Below are positions 55,878-64,000 of a stretch of DNA of 64,000 bases, piece by piece. The DNA comes from a virus. A program made the position numbers and the translations under genes. The notes beneath the pieces were generated by a model. It was not told the origin of the DNA. It saw only the letters and a list, made by a program, of their open reading frames with translations, and did not search any database. The stretch is from IMG/VR virus record IMGVR_UViG_3300028821_000038, positions 32,001 to 96,000 of that record, one strand, 5' to 3'. How positions within the stretch are numbered: the first letter of the stretch is position 1; every line of letters begins with the position of its first letter.

Positions 55878-57997
55878 GAATAGATGGCAAAAGTAAAGTA
55901 TCAACAAACATATCAGGGGCAAAAGATTTTGATATAAACCCAACCCCTGAGATGTTTATGCTGCTCTCATCCGGCCTGTATCAAGACAAGATAAAAGCCG
56001 TGATTAGAGAGCTTTCTGCAAATGCTTTTGACGCGATGGTTAGCAATGGAACTATCAAAGAGAAGGCATTCGATGTTATTGGCCCTACCGAAAAAGATCC
56101 CGTATTTAGAATCAGGGACTATGGGCCAGGCTTGTCGGAGGATGAAATATATGCCCTGTATACGAAATATGGGGCTAGTAGCAAAAATGACACCAATAGC
56201 ATGATAGGTGCATTTGGTGTTGGCTCGAAATCACCTTTTGCATACACTATGCAGTTTACCGTCACAAGTTTTAACGGAGGAATAAAGAGTGTCTACTTGG
56301 CATATGTAGACGACGGCATTCCCCGTGTAAAAAAAATATCATCTGAACCCAGCAACGAGCCATCTGGGTTGATGGTAGAGGTTGGTGTATTTAGCAAAGA
56401 TATATCTACCTTCAATTCCAAAATATCAGATGTGATATCGTGGATGGACTTCCCCGGTCCAATACCAGAAGGTATTTGGAAAGATAGGAGGAAGGTGATA
56501 TCCATCCTAAAAGAAAAGGGATACTACACATTTCTATATAAACTCGATGGTCTGTATGTCTACTGTGGAGGAATAGTATACTCAGTTGACAAAGATGGCC
56601 TTGACGAGGATATCCTAGAGATGATAGACACCAATAGTGTGGTTTTGTATGCCCCAATTGGTAGTGTATCCATTGCTGCATCCAGAGAGTCAGTAGCGAT
56701 GGATAGCAGAACTTCACACTATATCCATAACACGCTGCGAAAAATAAAGAACGGTATCGTGTCTCACATAAAAGATGTGATATCTGATTCCGACAGCGTA
56801 GTCACGGCAGCCAAAAAAATATACGGAATGGTGGTGAAATATTCATCTGTAGACTTAAGCAAAAGAGATGCTATATTTCTCCATGTTTTAAAGACAGAAG
56901 TGCTCAATATGCTAAAAAATAGATTTAAATATGTTGAGCAACATTATAGACATCATAACAACGTCAATGCCTTGGTGTTTTTGTCACTTAGCGCAAGTGA
57001 CCCAAAAATATTATTTGCTGATTGGATGACTGTCTATCGTGAGTATAATGGTATGCCAAGTAACGCTATGTTGGTTATTGCCAACTCCAGGCATAGAATC
57101 AGACAAATAAGCACATTTTATGCCAATGAGCATGACTACGATTGTGTTATCGTGGTAGACCATGAAAAATATGAGGAGGAAAAAGAAAAAATATGTACGC
57201 TATTTGGCCACGACAATATATTTAATCAAAAATTCCTTCTGGAGTATTATAGAAACAATTCTCCAGATCTGAAAAACACTGCATCATCAGAGTTCGAGAC
57301 ACCAACAAGCAACCAGAAGTTTTATAGGTTTAAGGGGGAAAGTATGTCGTCGTTCTCGATGACTAAACTTCCAAAGGATAAAAAAATAATAGCCTTCAAA
57401 ACCAATCATACTGTAAACCATCAAGTATGGAGGATTATTGTGAGGTGGTTTAAAAGGTTTTTTGATGATAATGTAGATACTGTAGTACTTCCTAAGAGCA
57501 AATATCACATAGTTGACGACAATGAAAATGTGATATGGGCACACGATTACTTTAAAGAGAAGATTGGAACAAAAAAGTCGATTACTTTAGAGATAACACC
57601 CAGTGAGTATTTGATACACAATATATACTTCTTCTTATCACTCATTAGAGGTTTGACATATCGGGAGTACATTGAAAACAAAAGAATATCTATTATTCTT
57701 AATGCTGCCTCTAAAATGTATACAGAATCAAAATATCTGAGGAGTGACACAGAAAAAATCGAGGAGGTGTATAGTGCGATTTTTAATACTAAAATAAACA
57801 TAAAGCTCAAGCTGGACAGGAAGTATGTTTTTGTAAAAAACATGGTGGCCGAAATAAACTTTAAAGAGGTGATAACACACCAAAATGCTCTGGAGATTCT
57901 GGAGTACATATACAGCGGCACTTATCCTGTTTACAGTGCTGAAAAATTTGAAAAAATACTGAAAGGAAGAGAGGATGTTTCCTTTTATATTAAATAG
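55874..57997 (+). CDS. rIIA: rIIA-like protein (GHKL ATPase N-terminus)
   Basis: LYQDKIKAVIRELSANAFDA, IRDYGPGLS, YGASSK, IGAFGVGSKSPFAY, SRESV. Confidence 0.85.
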   Translation: MRIDGKSKVSTNISGAKDFDINPTPEMFMLLSSGLYQDKIKAVIRELSANAFDAMVSNGTIKEKAFDVIGPTEKDPVFRIRDYGPGLSEDEIYALYTKYGASSKNDTNSMIGAFGVGSKSPFAYTMQFTVTSFNGGIKSVYLAYVDDGIPRVKKISSEPSNEPSGLMVEVGVFSKDISTFNSKISDVISWMDFPGPIPEGIWKDRRKVISILKEKGYYTFLYKLDGLYVYCGGIVYSVDKDGLDEDILEMIDTNSVVLYAPIGSVSIAASRESVAMDSRTSHYIHNTLRKIKNGIVSHIKDVISDSDSVVTAAKKIYGMVVKYSSVDLSKRDAIFLHVLKTEVLNMLKNRFKYVEQHYRHHNNVNALVFLSLSASDPKILFADWMTVYREYNGMPSNAMLVIANSRHRIRQISTFYANEHDYDCVIVVDHEKYEEEKEKICTLFGHDNIFNQKFLLEYYRNNSPDLKNTASSEFETPTSNQKFYRFKGESMSSFSMTKLPKDKKIIAFKTNHTVNHQVWRIIVRWFKRFFDDNVDTVVLPKSKYHIVDDNENVIWAHDYFKEKIGTKKSITLEITPSEYLIHNIYFFLSLIRGLTYREYIENKRISIILNAASKMYTESKYLRSDTEKIEEVYSAIFNTKINIKLKLDRKYVFVKNMVAEINFKEVITHQNALEILEYIYSGTYPVYSAEKFEKILKGREDVSFYIK

Positions 57998-59063
57998 TGA
58001 TTCGTTAACAATTGTGGAGGGCGGAAGAGTCCACACTATCATGTCGGATAATCCAAAATTCGACGAGGTGATCTCTTCGCTCACCACTGGAAATGAAGAA
58101 GAGGTTCTGGAGGCTATAAACGACGCATATAAGATAGACAAGTTTCTTGGCAAAAAATGTGTCGTCAAGGATGACTCTTTGTATTATGATGGGTTGGAGC
58201 TGCATGGCGCCATCATAGAAAGAGCAAAAAGCTTCATAAAGAAGGATATCCCTGTAGATCCGCTTCTCAGATTTATAGAGAAGCTCATGATGAATGAGGA
58301 TTTGGAGTCAGTAAAGGATCTGTATAGGTTCTTGGAGCACAACAAGCTTCCTATCACAAGTTCCGGGAACTTTCTTGCCTATAAAAAGGTAAAGAATAAT
58401 TACCGAGACTTTCATTCAGGGATGAATGATAACAGTGTGGGGAGTATCGTGAAGATGAACCGCCATAATGTTACGAAAGATAGAAATATCACTTGTTCAA
58501 CCGGACTTCACTTCGCGTCATATCAGTATGTAAAAAACTTTATGCGTGACGGCCGCATGGTTGTACTGGAGATAAATCCTGCGGATGTGGTAAGCATACC
58601 CGTCGATTATAACAACGCAAAAGGGCGATGTTGCAAATATAAAGTCGTAGGAGAGCTCCAAAAATTAGATAGAGATGTCCTTGGTGGGAAAGATTATATA
58701 TCGGAAATCAAAAGGGACGGCTCGGTAGTGTTCGACTTTGATTTTGAAGCGAAAAATCCCATAGAGGAGGCTATCAATATATCGCAAAGTGAGGTCTTGG
58801 CGTATATGCTAAAAGACCCGACTAAGCCAGAATTTACATTTGATGGCGAACTTGGCATGATTGTCCCTAATATCAAATATTGTTATATAGATAAAGGGAA
58901 GTATCGGGTCAATAAGAAGTTTAAAGGCAAAAACTATGAACTTGGTCGGTTTGACAATTTTAAGGCGGCTCGTTCGGTTGTATATGAGTTGTGCCGCGCT
59001 ATAGTAGATGGCAAAAAAGAAGAGTTTATTGAAGAATATATGAAGAGCAAGGATAAAAAATGA
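57975..59063 (+). CDS. rIIB: rIIB-like protein with C-terminal AP2-like segment
   Basis: LYRFLEHNKLPITSSGNFLAYKKV, CSTGLHF, INPADVVSIPVDYNNAKGRCCKYKVVGE; follows rIIA. Confidence 0.85.
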   Translation: MFPFILNSDSLTIVEGGRVHTIMSDNPKFDEVISSLTTGNEEEVLEAINDAYKIDKFLGKKCVVKDDSLYYDGLELHGAIIERAKSFIKKDIPVDPLLRFIEKLMMNEDLESVKDLYRFLEHNKLPITSSGNFLAYKKVKNNYRDFHSGMNDNSVGSIVKMNRHNVTKDRNITCSTGLHFASYQYVKNFMRDGRMVVLEINPADVVSIPVDYNNAKGRCCKYKVVGELQKLDRDVLGGKDYISEIKRDGSVVFDFDFEAKNPIEEAINISQSEVLAYMLKDPTKPEFTFDGELGMIVPNIKYCYIDKGKYRVNKKFKGKNYELGRFDNFKAARSVVYELCRAIVDGKKEEFIEEYMKSKDKK

Positions 59064-59362
59064 CTCCTAATGAAGTGTTTAGGAAGGTATACAATCACAA
59101 AACAAACTTCTTAACCCCTTGGGTTATATATAGGGGTAAGGAGGGGGTTTACTATTATGAGCTCAGCACGTCTAATGATGGATACAACCCAGACAACAAC
59201 TTGTATGGGGTAACCATCATAGATGCAAGGAATATGGAGCCAAGAAAAGATTTATCTACTGCATTCTTCAGTAGGAAAGATGCTGAGGAATACATCGAAA
59301 AGATAAAAGAAGAAGGACGAAAATTATACAAGGAGGAGAAGGATGAGCGAAATCAGACATGA
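59060..59362 (+). CDS. hypothetical protein
   Basis: AAGGA RBS; coupled. Confidence 0.65.
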   Translation: MTPNEVFRKVYNHKTNFLTPWVIYRGKEGVYYYELSTSNDGYNPDNNLYGVTIIDARNMEPRKDLSTAFFSRKDAEEYIEKIKEEGRKLYKEEKDERNQT

Positions 59363-59675
59363 GCTAAAGCCCTTTTTGGGCAAGGAAATAACAATTTCTG
59401 GAACAGTTCTTCAGTATATACCGCATAGCGAAAAAAGTAGCCTCCCTAAGATTCTTGTTGGGAGTGCATATGTATGTGGTACAGAGGTGAGGCTCCATCA
59501 TCTCTGGTTCACCCCTAAAAAGACAAAACCAAGAAGGGGTGATGTCATTGAGATAACTGGCGTGGTGGGCCAGTACCCATCGATAGACTGCAATGGAAAC
59601 CGCATATGTAAATACGGGTTCTCGAAAATAAAAAACAGCAAGGTGGTGCTAAGAAAGGAGGAGATTCATACTTGA
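59343..59675 (+). CDS. OB-fold-like hypothetical protein
   Basis: beta-rich; HHLWF..RGDVIEITGVVGQY. Confidence 0.55.
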   Translation: MSEIRHELKPFLGKEITISGTVLQYIPHSEKSSLPKILVGSAYVCGTEVRLHHLWFTPKKTKPRRGDVIEITGVVGQYPSIDCNGNRICKYGFSKIKNSKVVLRKEEIHT

Positions 59676-59847
59676 CAAGGTATATGTGGTAGTTGCCTAC
59701 TACCTTGGCAGCAGATAGAGAAGATTATATATTATTGGTGTGTTCTCCAGTTTTAAAAAGGCAGAAAGGGAGGCTAAAAAAGAAGAGAAGCACCAAGAAG
59801 AGAGGTATGCCTGTGAAATACTAACGAGGTTAAAGATGAAGCATTAA
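59668..59847 (+). pseudogene. small ORF with an in-frame TAG and ATA in place of a start
   Basis: (I)LDKVYVVVAYYLGSR*RRLYIIGVFSSFKKAEREAKKEE..YACEI..; TAG at 59716-59718; strong GGAGGAG RBS upstream. Confidence 0.45.
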
Positions 59848-59857
59848 AGTAAAAAAA

Positions 59858-59872
59858 GGTATATATATATGG
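59858..59872 (+). promoter_or_regulatory. conserved 15-mer GGTATATATATATGG, copy 4
   Basis: exact copy heading the peptide/JAB/ThiF/E2 operon. Confidence 0.7.
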
Positions 59873-59942
59873 TCGGGGAAAATAATGCCTAAGGTATTTC
59901 TTCGTAAAACCCCGGCCAATAAAAACAAAAAAAGGAGACCAC

Positions 59943-60101
59943 ATGGCAGTAGACGCTAAAGAGGCAACCACGGTTGCCACGGCAATACTGGAAACGGTAT
60001 TGTCAAAGCTCGGTGACGAGCAGAAACAAAAAGAGTTCGCGGAGAAGGCAGAAGCCGTATCCGCTCAAAATGTAGAGGTTGCAGGAAAGTCTGGAATGTA
60101 A
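59943..60101 (+). CDS. 52-aa peptide ending GKSG-M; candidate conjugatable modifier (not in ORF track)
   Basis: AAGGAG RBS; MAVDAKEATTVATAILETVLSKLGDEQKQKEFAEKAEAVSAQNVEVAGKSGM*. Confidence 0.75.
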   Translation: MAVDAKEATTVATAILETVLSKLGDEQKQKEFAEKAEAVSAQNVEVAGKSGM

Positions 60102-60112
60102 CCTCTCATTAC

Positions 60113-60148
60113 AGGAGGGGGATGACATCCTTCTCCTACTATTTTTTT
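60113..60148 (+). terminator. terminator/stabilising hairpin after the peptide gene
   Basis: AGGAGGGGGAT-GAC-ATCCTTCTCCT followed by ACTATTTTTTT. Confidence 0.65.
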
Positions 60149-60163
60149 AGATAAGGAGAAAGC

Positions 60164-61261
60164 GTGAAGCAGAAAATGAAAAAGACAACAAAGAAAACCA
60201 GAAAGAATATTGAGAGGCCCATAGAAAAAGTCAATATCAAAAATCTTGGCGTTCTGATAATAACAAGGAGTAAGTTATCAGAAATTTGGGATATTGTCAA
60301 AGATAAAGTAGGGAGCAATGAGTTCCAAATACATTATCATTCCGTTACATTCAAATGTTCCAAAGATGGAAGTGATATGTATTTGGTTATCCCTACGGCT
60401 TTTTATACATTCCCGCAGAACATATCCTCTATACTTATAGAATATAAAATGAGTGATATCGAACCTGCGAGCAAAAAGGTTTTAGATATTCACAACAAGG
60501 TAATGCAAAAGATGCATATAGTTGAAGAGTATCTGAATCTTTTGAAGATTTTTGATTCTGTAACACCCATGAGTGTGTTCGACAATAGTCTCCATCGACA
60601 TCCTCATGAGTTTGGGTTCTCAAATATCGATCTGGATAACGATCCAGAAAACCCCGGAATCATATTCAGGAAGAAAAAAGCCCAAAATTATCCACAAATG
60701 GATAGTGTGATGTATTTTGGGAGAAATAACTCATCTATCGTTACCTCCGAATTAAGGTTGGTTACAGTGAAGCCAACAAAAGATGGAGGGATTGAAGGGG
60801 AGTATGTCGAGTGCCCCACTGTCACCATAATAGATCCAAAAAAACAATATGGAATGGAGAGTGTTTTTGGGATCAGGGATGAGAAGTATCCTCATTCTAA
60901 TTTGTGTCAGGTAAAGTATGATATGTCAATAATATCACCCATTATGGCAAGCATACTGCCGAATATAGAATGGGGAGTAACTACCGGCATCAAGCCTCAA
61001 TTCATAGAGACAATAAAAGAAAGAGCCATACCGGCAAATAATTTTTCTAGTATCTTATGGGACGAGGATGAGTTGTGGACGGGAGATAGTCTGGTTCCAG
61101 ATACCAATCTCGAGCTTGAGGCAAAAGAGAGGATTGCTCTAATGTCGGAAGAGGAGATAGCCATGATGAAAAGCATGGGTTTTGACGCCAAAATACCTAC
61201 AGATGTCATAGAGTTCTATGACTACGAGTTGCAAATTCTTACAAGGGGGGCTAAAGAATGA
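60164..61261 (+). CDS. JAB/MPN+ metallopeptidase (deubiquitinase-like)
   Basis: NEFQIHY (Glu) followed by HRHPHEFGFSNID, matching E..HxH..SxxD. Confidence 0.7.
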   Translation: MKQKMKKTTKKTRKNIERPIEKVNIKNLGVLIITRSKLSEIWDIVKDKVGSNEFQIHYHSVTFKCSKDGSDMYLVIPTAFYTFPQNISSILIEYKMSDIEPASKKVLDIHNKVMQKMHIVEEYLNLLKIFDSVTPMSVFDNSLHRHPHEFGFSNIDLDNDPENPGIIFRKKKAQNYPQMDSVMYFGRNNSSIVTSELRLVTVKPTKDGGIEGEYVECPTVTIIDPKKQYGMESVFGIRDEKYPHSNLCQVKYDMSIISPIMASILPNIEWGVTTGIKPQFIETIKERAIPANNFSSILWDEDELWTGDSLVPDTNLELEAKERIALMSEEEIAMMKSMGFDAKIPTDVIEFYDYELQILTRGAKE

Positions 61262-62196
61262 TATCTGCACTCTATGAAGAGCGATTAGAAAGAAAATACA
61301 TTAAGAAAGCGCCTTTTGAGGATGGGGCGCTGCCATTTCTCTATTTCGCCGATACCAACATCCTTCAGGATGTCCCACTATTAAATCTAAATGCCCCTAT
61401 TTTAATGCCAAACAAGTATCAAGTAGACAGGAATAAAACATATCTGGAGTTACTGAAAGGGATACATAAAAATGCCCAGATTTATTTCCCGCATGAGGAA
61501 ATTCCAGATATGACAGATGACCTAGTTGTAGGCTTGGGAAGTAGGCTAATAGAGGTACTAAACTCATACAACTATATATATGTAATTGGGATTGGTGGCT
61601 ACATGGCAAATATGTTATTTATGATGGATTTATTGTATAGAGTAGGAACAAAAGTCAAGTATAGACCCATTACACAAATAAGATGTTATGATGGGGACAC
61701 GATTACTGCAGATAACATATGTAGAATACTGATTCCTGTTTATAAATATACTTCCAAGGGTATGTCTATGGCATCATATTTTTTGTCAGATATGTCGTCT
61801 TGTTCGACGGAGATGATGTATTTGCCTAAGATATTACAGGCTAATGCACTGGAGATGCCAATCACTACCCGTGGGCATTATTGTGCTCCGACCAGTTTGC
61901 CAGTTGGAACAAACAATACAAACCTCTTTATTGGTTCCCCTGACCTCAAAACAAGGCGGGAACTTTTCGATATAGGCTTTAATTTCATATTCTTTGGGCA
62001 TCATGGGTACCAAACCCAGATGGTGTACCGTCCACTCCCGGATAGCGATATGGCCGTAGAGACTTATGGTCGTATGGATATAAATGCATTTTATGCAGGC
62101 ATCTATATGACATTGCTCAAATTTTTAGAGATTGAGCATCCGATTTTATATCACGATGGCAAGATAATTGCTACATTTAATGCAACAAGGCTTTAG
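61258..62196 (+). CDS. ThiF/MoeB/E1-like adenylyltransferase
   Basis: IYVIGIGGY glycine loop, CYDGDTITADNICR (DxDxxxxxNxxR), FIGSPDLKTRRELF. Confidence 0.7.
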   Translation: MISALYEERLERKYIKKAPFEDGALPFLYFADTNILQDVPLLNLNAPILMPNKYQVDRNKTYLELLKGIHKNAQIYFPHEEIPDMTDDLVVGLGSRLIEVLNSYNYIYVIGIGGYMANMLFMMDLLYRVGTKVKYRPITQIRCYDGDTITADNICRILIPVYKYTSKGMSMASYFLSDMSSCSTEMMYLPKILQANALEMPITTRGHYCAPTSLPVGTNNTNLFIGSPDLKTRRELFDIGFNFIFFGHHGYQTQMVYRPLPDSDMAVETYGRMDINAFYAGIYMTLLKFLEIEHPILYHDGKIIATFNATRL

Positions 62197-62204
62197 GAAC
62201 ACAC

Positions 62205-63326
62205 ATGGGACAAATAAATTTCAATGTATTCAATAAGACAGGAGTCGATGATGACTTTTGCAAGAAAATCATCAAAAATGGGCTGGATTTTCCCATCTTG
62301 GACGATATATCCACATCGGATATTTTGGCGGGATACACCGCTGTTTGGCAGAACACTATAAATGATATATTCAACGATGTTTCTAAAAATATTGGCTTCA
62401 GTAAGTATAACATATGTTACGAAGCTAGTGATGAAGCAATCGACGAATACGATTTAATTGGTGAAGTCAACATAGAAAACATTGAAGGCTATTTCTACAT
62501 AACGAAATATGATAAGCTAGATGTCATCGGGCATATCGAACTTTCGTCATGCATAAAAATAAACGACCAAAGTGATCTCAATACAACGATGGTGTTTATT
62601 GAGGCAATGGTTGAAAAAAATGAATTATACGGAATTTTGCTGACTGATGGTGTAGGAAATTTCTTGAATCCAGCACATCCGATTGTGGCTAAAAGGGTGA
62701 GAGAGGTTGGGATAGAGTATTTCTTCAACAAGCCATTTAAGATTATTGTATATGCCTGGCGCAAAACAGCAACAAGCGCTGGGCGTTTTACCAATATGTA
62801 TACATTAACACCGCTCTCTAGACCGATAACGGAGCCGGTGATGAAAATAAAAAGTGCAAGTAATGCGGTAAGCATATTTAAGCCATATTCCAAGCACCCT
62901 TTAAAAAATGTCCATGTAGACATCAACATAAATGACAGGAAGCTGTGTGACAATTATGTGGTGGTGCCAGTGCAAGTTGCACAGTATAAGGGAATCGTAT
63001 ATCCCTGGTATGGTGCCGTAGCCAGGGAAATTGGGGCAAAAACGGGGTTTAATATTGGCCCGATGTTATCCCCAAATATATCTAGTGAGTTTTCCGAATG
63101 TGAGTGTGATATGGAAAGGATATCATATACTCTGGATAATTCCGGTTTTAGCTCACTGCCGTTTGATGTCTGTACTGGCTCATATCCTGTAGCATCTATA
63201 GAGGGGTTTGCTACCTTAAATGTTGCAAATTTTGATTCTCCATACCACAGTAACGCCTGCAATATGGATCCTGTATTCATAAAGACTGCAATGGCTAAAC
63301 AGTCACTGGAGATTTTGAGGTCATGA
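62205..63326 (+). CDS. putative prokaryotic E2/UBC-like protein
   Basis: C-terminal LSPNIS..DVCTG..LNVANFDSPY resembles the (H)PN(I)..IC.G..N..SP pattern; context next to JAB and ThiF. Confidence 0.45.
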   Translation: MGQINFNVFNKTGVDDDFCKKIIKNGLDFPILDDISTSDILAGYTAVWQNTINDIFNDVSKNIGFSKYNICYEASDEAIDEYDLIGEVNIENIEGYFYITKYDKLDVIGHIELSSCIKINDQSDLNTTMVFIEAMVEKNELYGILLTDGVGNFLNPAHPIVAKRVREVGIEYFFNKPFKIIVYAWRKTATSAGRFTNMYTLTPLSRPITEPVMKIKSASNAVSIFKPYSKHPLKNVHVDININDRKLCDNYVVVPVQVAQYKGIVYPWYGAVAREIGAKTGFNIGPMLSPNISSEFSECECDMERISYTLDNSGFSSLPFDVCTGSYPVASIEGFATLNVANFDSPYHSNACNMDPVFIKTAMAKQSLEILRS

Positions 63327-63784
63327 AAGAGGTAGAGATATACACAGACGGAGCATGCGATGTGCACCAGACCAAGACAGGTGGATGGTGCGCGATAGTT
63401 ATATATGGCGACCTAAAGAAGATCATAAGTGGAGGTGCTAAAAACACTACCAATAACCAAATGGAACTCACGGCGGTAATAGAGGGACTAGAGATTCTCA
63501 AAGAGCCATGCCGTATAAAGATATACAGTGACTCCAGATATGTAATAGACGCCATAAATTCACGCCTAAAGAATTGGGTACTGAGAGGCCTGGATGAGAA
63601 TTACCTAAACCCAGACCTATGGCGCAGATACATATTCACTGCATATCCCCATGAGGTTGAAGGAATATGGATTAGGGGCCACAATGGAAACAAACTAAAT
63701 GAGGAGTGCGATGCGATAGCAAAGAAAGAGATAAAGAAACTAAAAGGACGAAACACCCAAAGCTCTGCTCCATTCGACATATAA
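63323..63784 (+). CDS. rnhA: ribonuclease HI
   Basis: YTDGAC, TTNNQMEL, SDSRYV, WIRGHNG..NEECD. Confidence 0.95.
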   Translation: MKEVEIYTDGACDVHQTKTGGWCAIVIYGDLKKIISGGAKNTTNNQMELTAVIEGLEILKEPCRIKIYSDSRYVIDAINSRLKNWVLRGLDENYLNPDLWRRYIFTAYPHEVEGIWIRGHNGNKLNEECDAIAKKEIKKLKGRNTQSSAPFDI

Positions 63785-63932
63785 GTCTGCATTGGCGAAG
63801 CCCCCTCCGACAGATAGTCTACCAACGGAGGGAGGGGAAAACTTTTTGAGTTTGGGTCGTTTTGTGGGCGGAGGTGTACCCACGGCGATATTATACTAAA
63901 AACAGTACCAAAAAGCAAAAAAAGGAAAAAAA

Positions 63933-64000
63933 ATGAAATCTCTGCGCGAAAAATACGGCCTTACAACACCAGAGGCCGTAATAGATGTAATGAAAAAAGA
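63933..64000 (+). CDS. hypothetical protein (3'-truncated)
   Basis: AAGGA RBS; MKSLREKYGLTTPEAVIDVMKK runs off the window. Confidence 0.55.
   Translation, partial: MKSLREKYGLTTPEAVIDVMKK

Noticed and set aside
21692-59847. Genome-wide TAG reassignment (genetic code 15)
   Set aside because: Long ORFs are intact in code 11, and ssb ends in its conserved EEIPF tail at a TAG
33864-59872. (TA)n motif as a plain microsatellite or phase-variation tract
   Set aside because: Identical length and GG flanks in all four copies, always intergenic and strand-concordant, which argues for a selected site
61258-62196. ThiF gene as thiamine or molybdopterin biosynthesis auxiliary gene
   Set aside because: No ThiS/MoaD or other pathway genes; it lacks the CxxC Zn motifs of ThiF/MoeB; it is flanked by JAB and E2-like genes instead

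Overview
This window is an AT-rich fragment of a large, apparently lytic tailed phage genome; no integrase, rRNA, tRNA or CRISPR array is recognisable. It encodes its own multi-subunit (two-barrel) RNA polymerase in an unusual two-piece layout: a beta plus beta'-N-terminal fusion with an intact NADYDGD site (38349-42671) and a separate beta' C-terminal half (653-2404). Head and virion genes include a putative portal, a putative prohead protease, many proteins carrying a repeated [LIMF]-x-K-x-A motif, glycine-zipper proteins and a LamG/PKD tail-appendage block. A leftward DNA-metabolism operon carries an NYN nuclease, RecE/RecT, an initiator, DnaB, a ThyX-like enzyme, dUTPase and NrdAB. A rightward early-type cluster carries SSB, rIIA/rIIB and RNase H. 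AAGGA Shine-Dalgarno sites, TGnTATAAT promoters and the style of SSB, DnaB, NrdA and dUTPase suggest a Campylobacterota host (inference). Main observations: (1) a candidate phage-encoded protein-conjugation operon (JAB peptidase, ThiF/E1-like, E2-like) headed by an unannotated 52-aa peptide ending GKSG-M that does not look like a beta-grasp fold; (2) an exact 15-mer GGTATATATATATGG found four times, each at the head of a transcription unit, with its final GG starting a 5' stem, which is a candidate promoter for the phage RNAP and is distinct from the host-type TGnTATAAT promoters before late genes; (3) a roughly 224-nt end-paired RNA driven by that motif; (4) a probable K-x-A head-protease cleavage code. 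All calls come from reading motifs by eye; no database searches were run.
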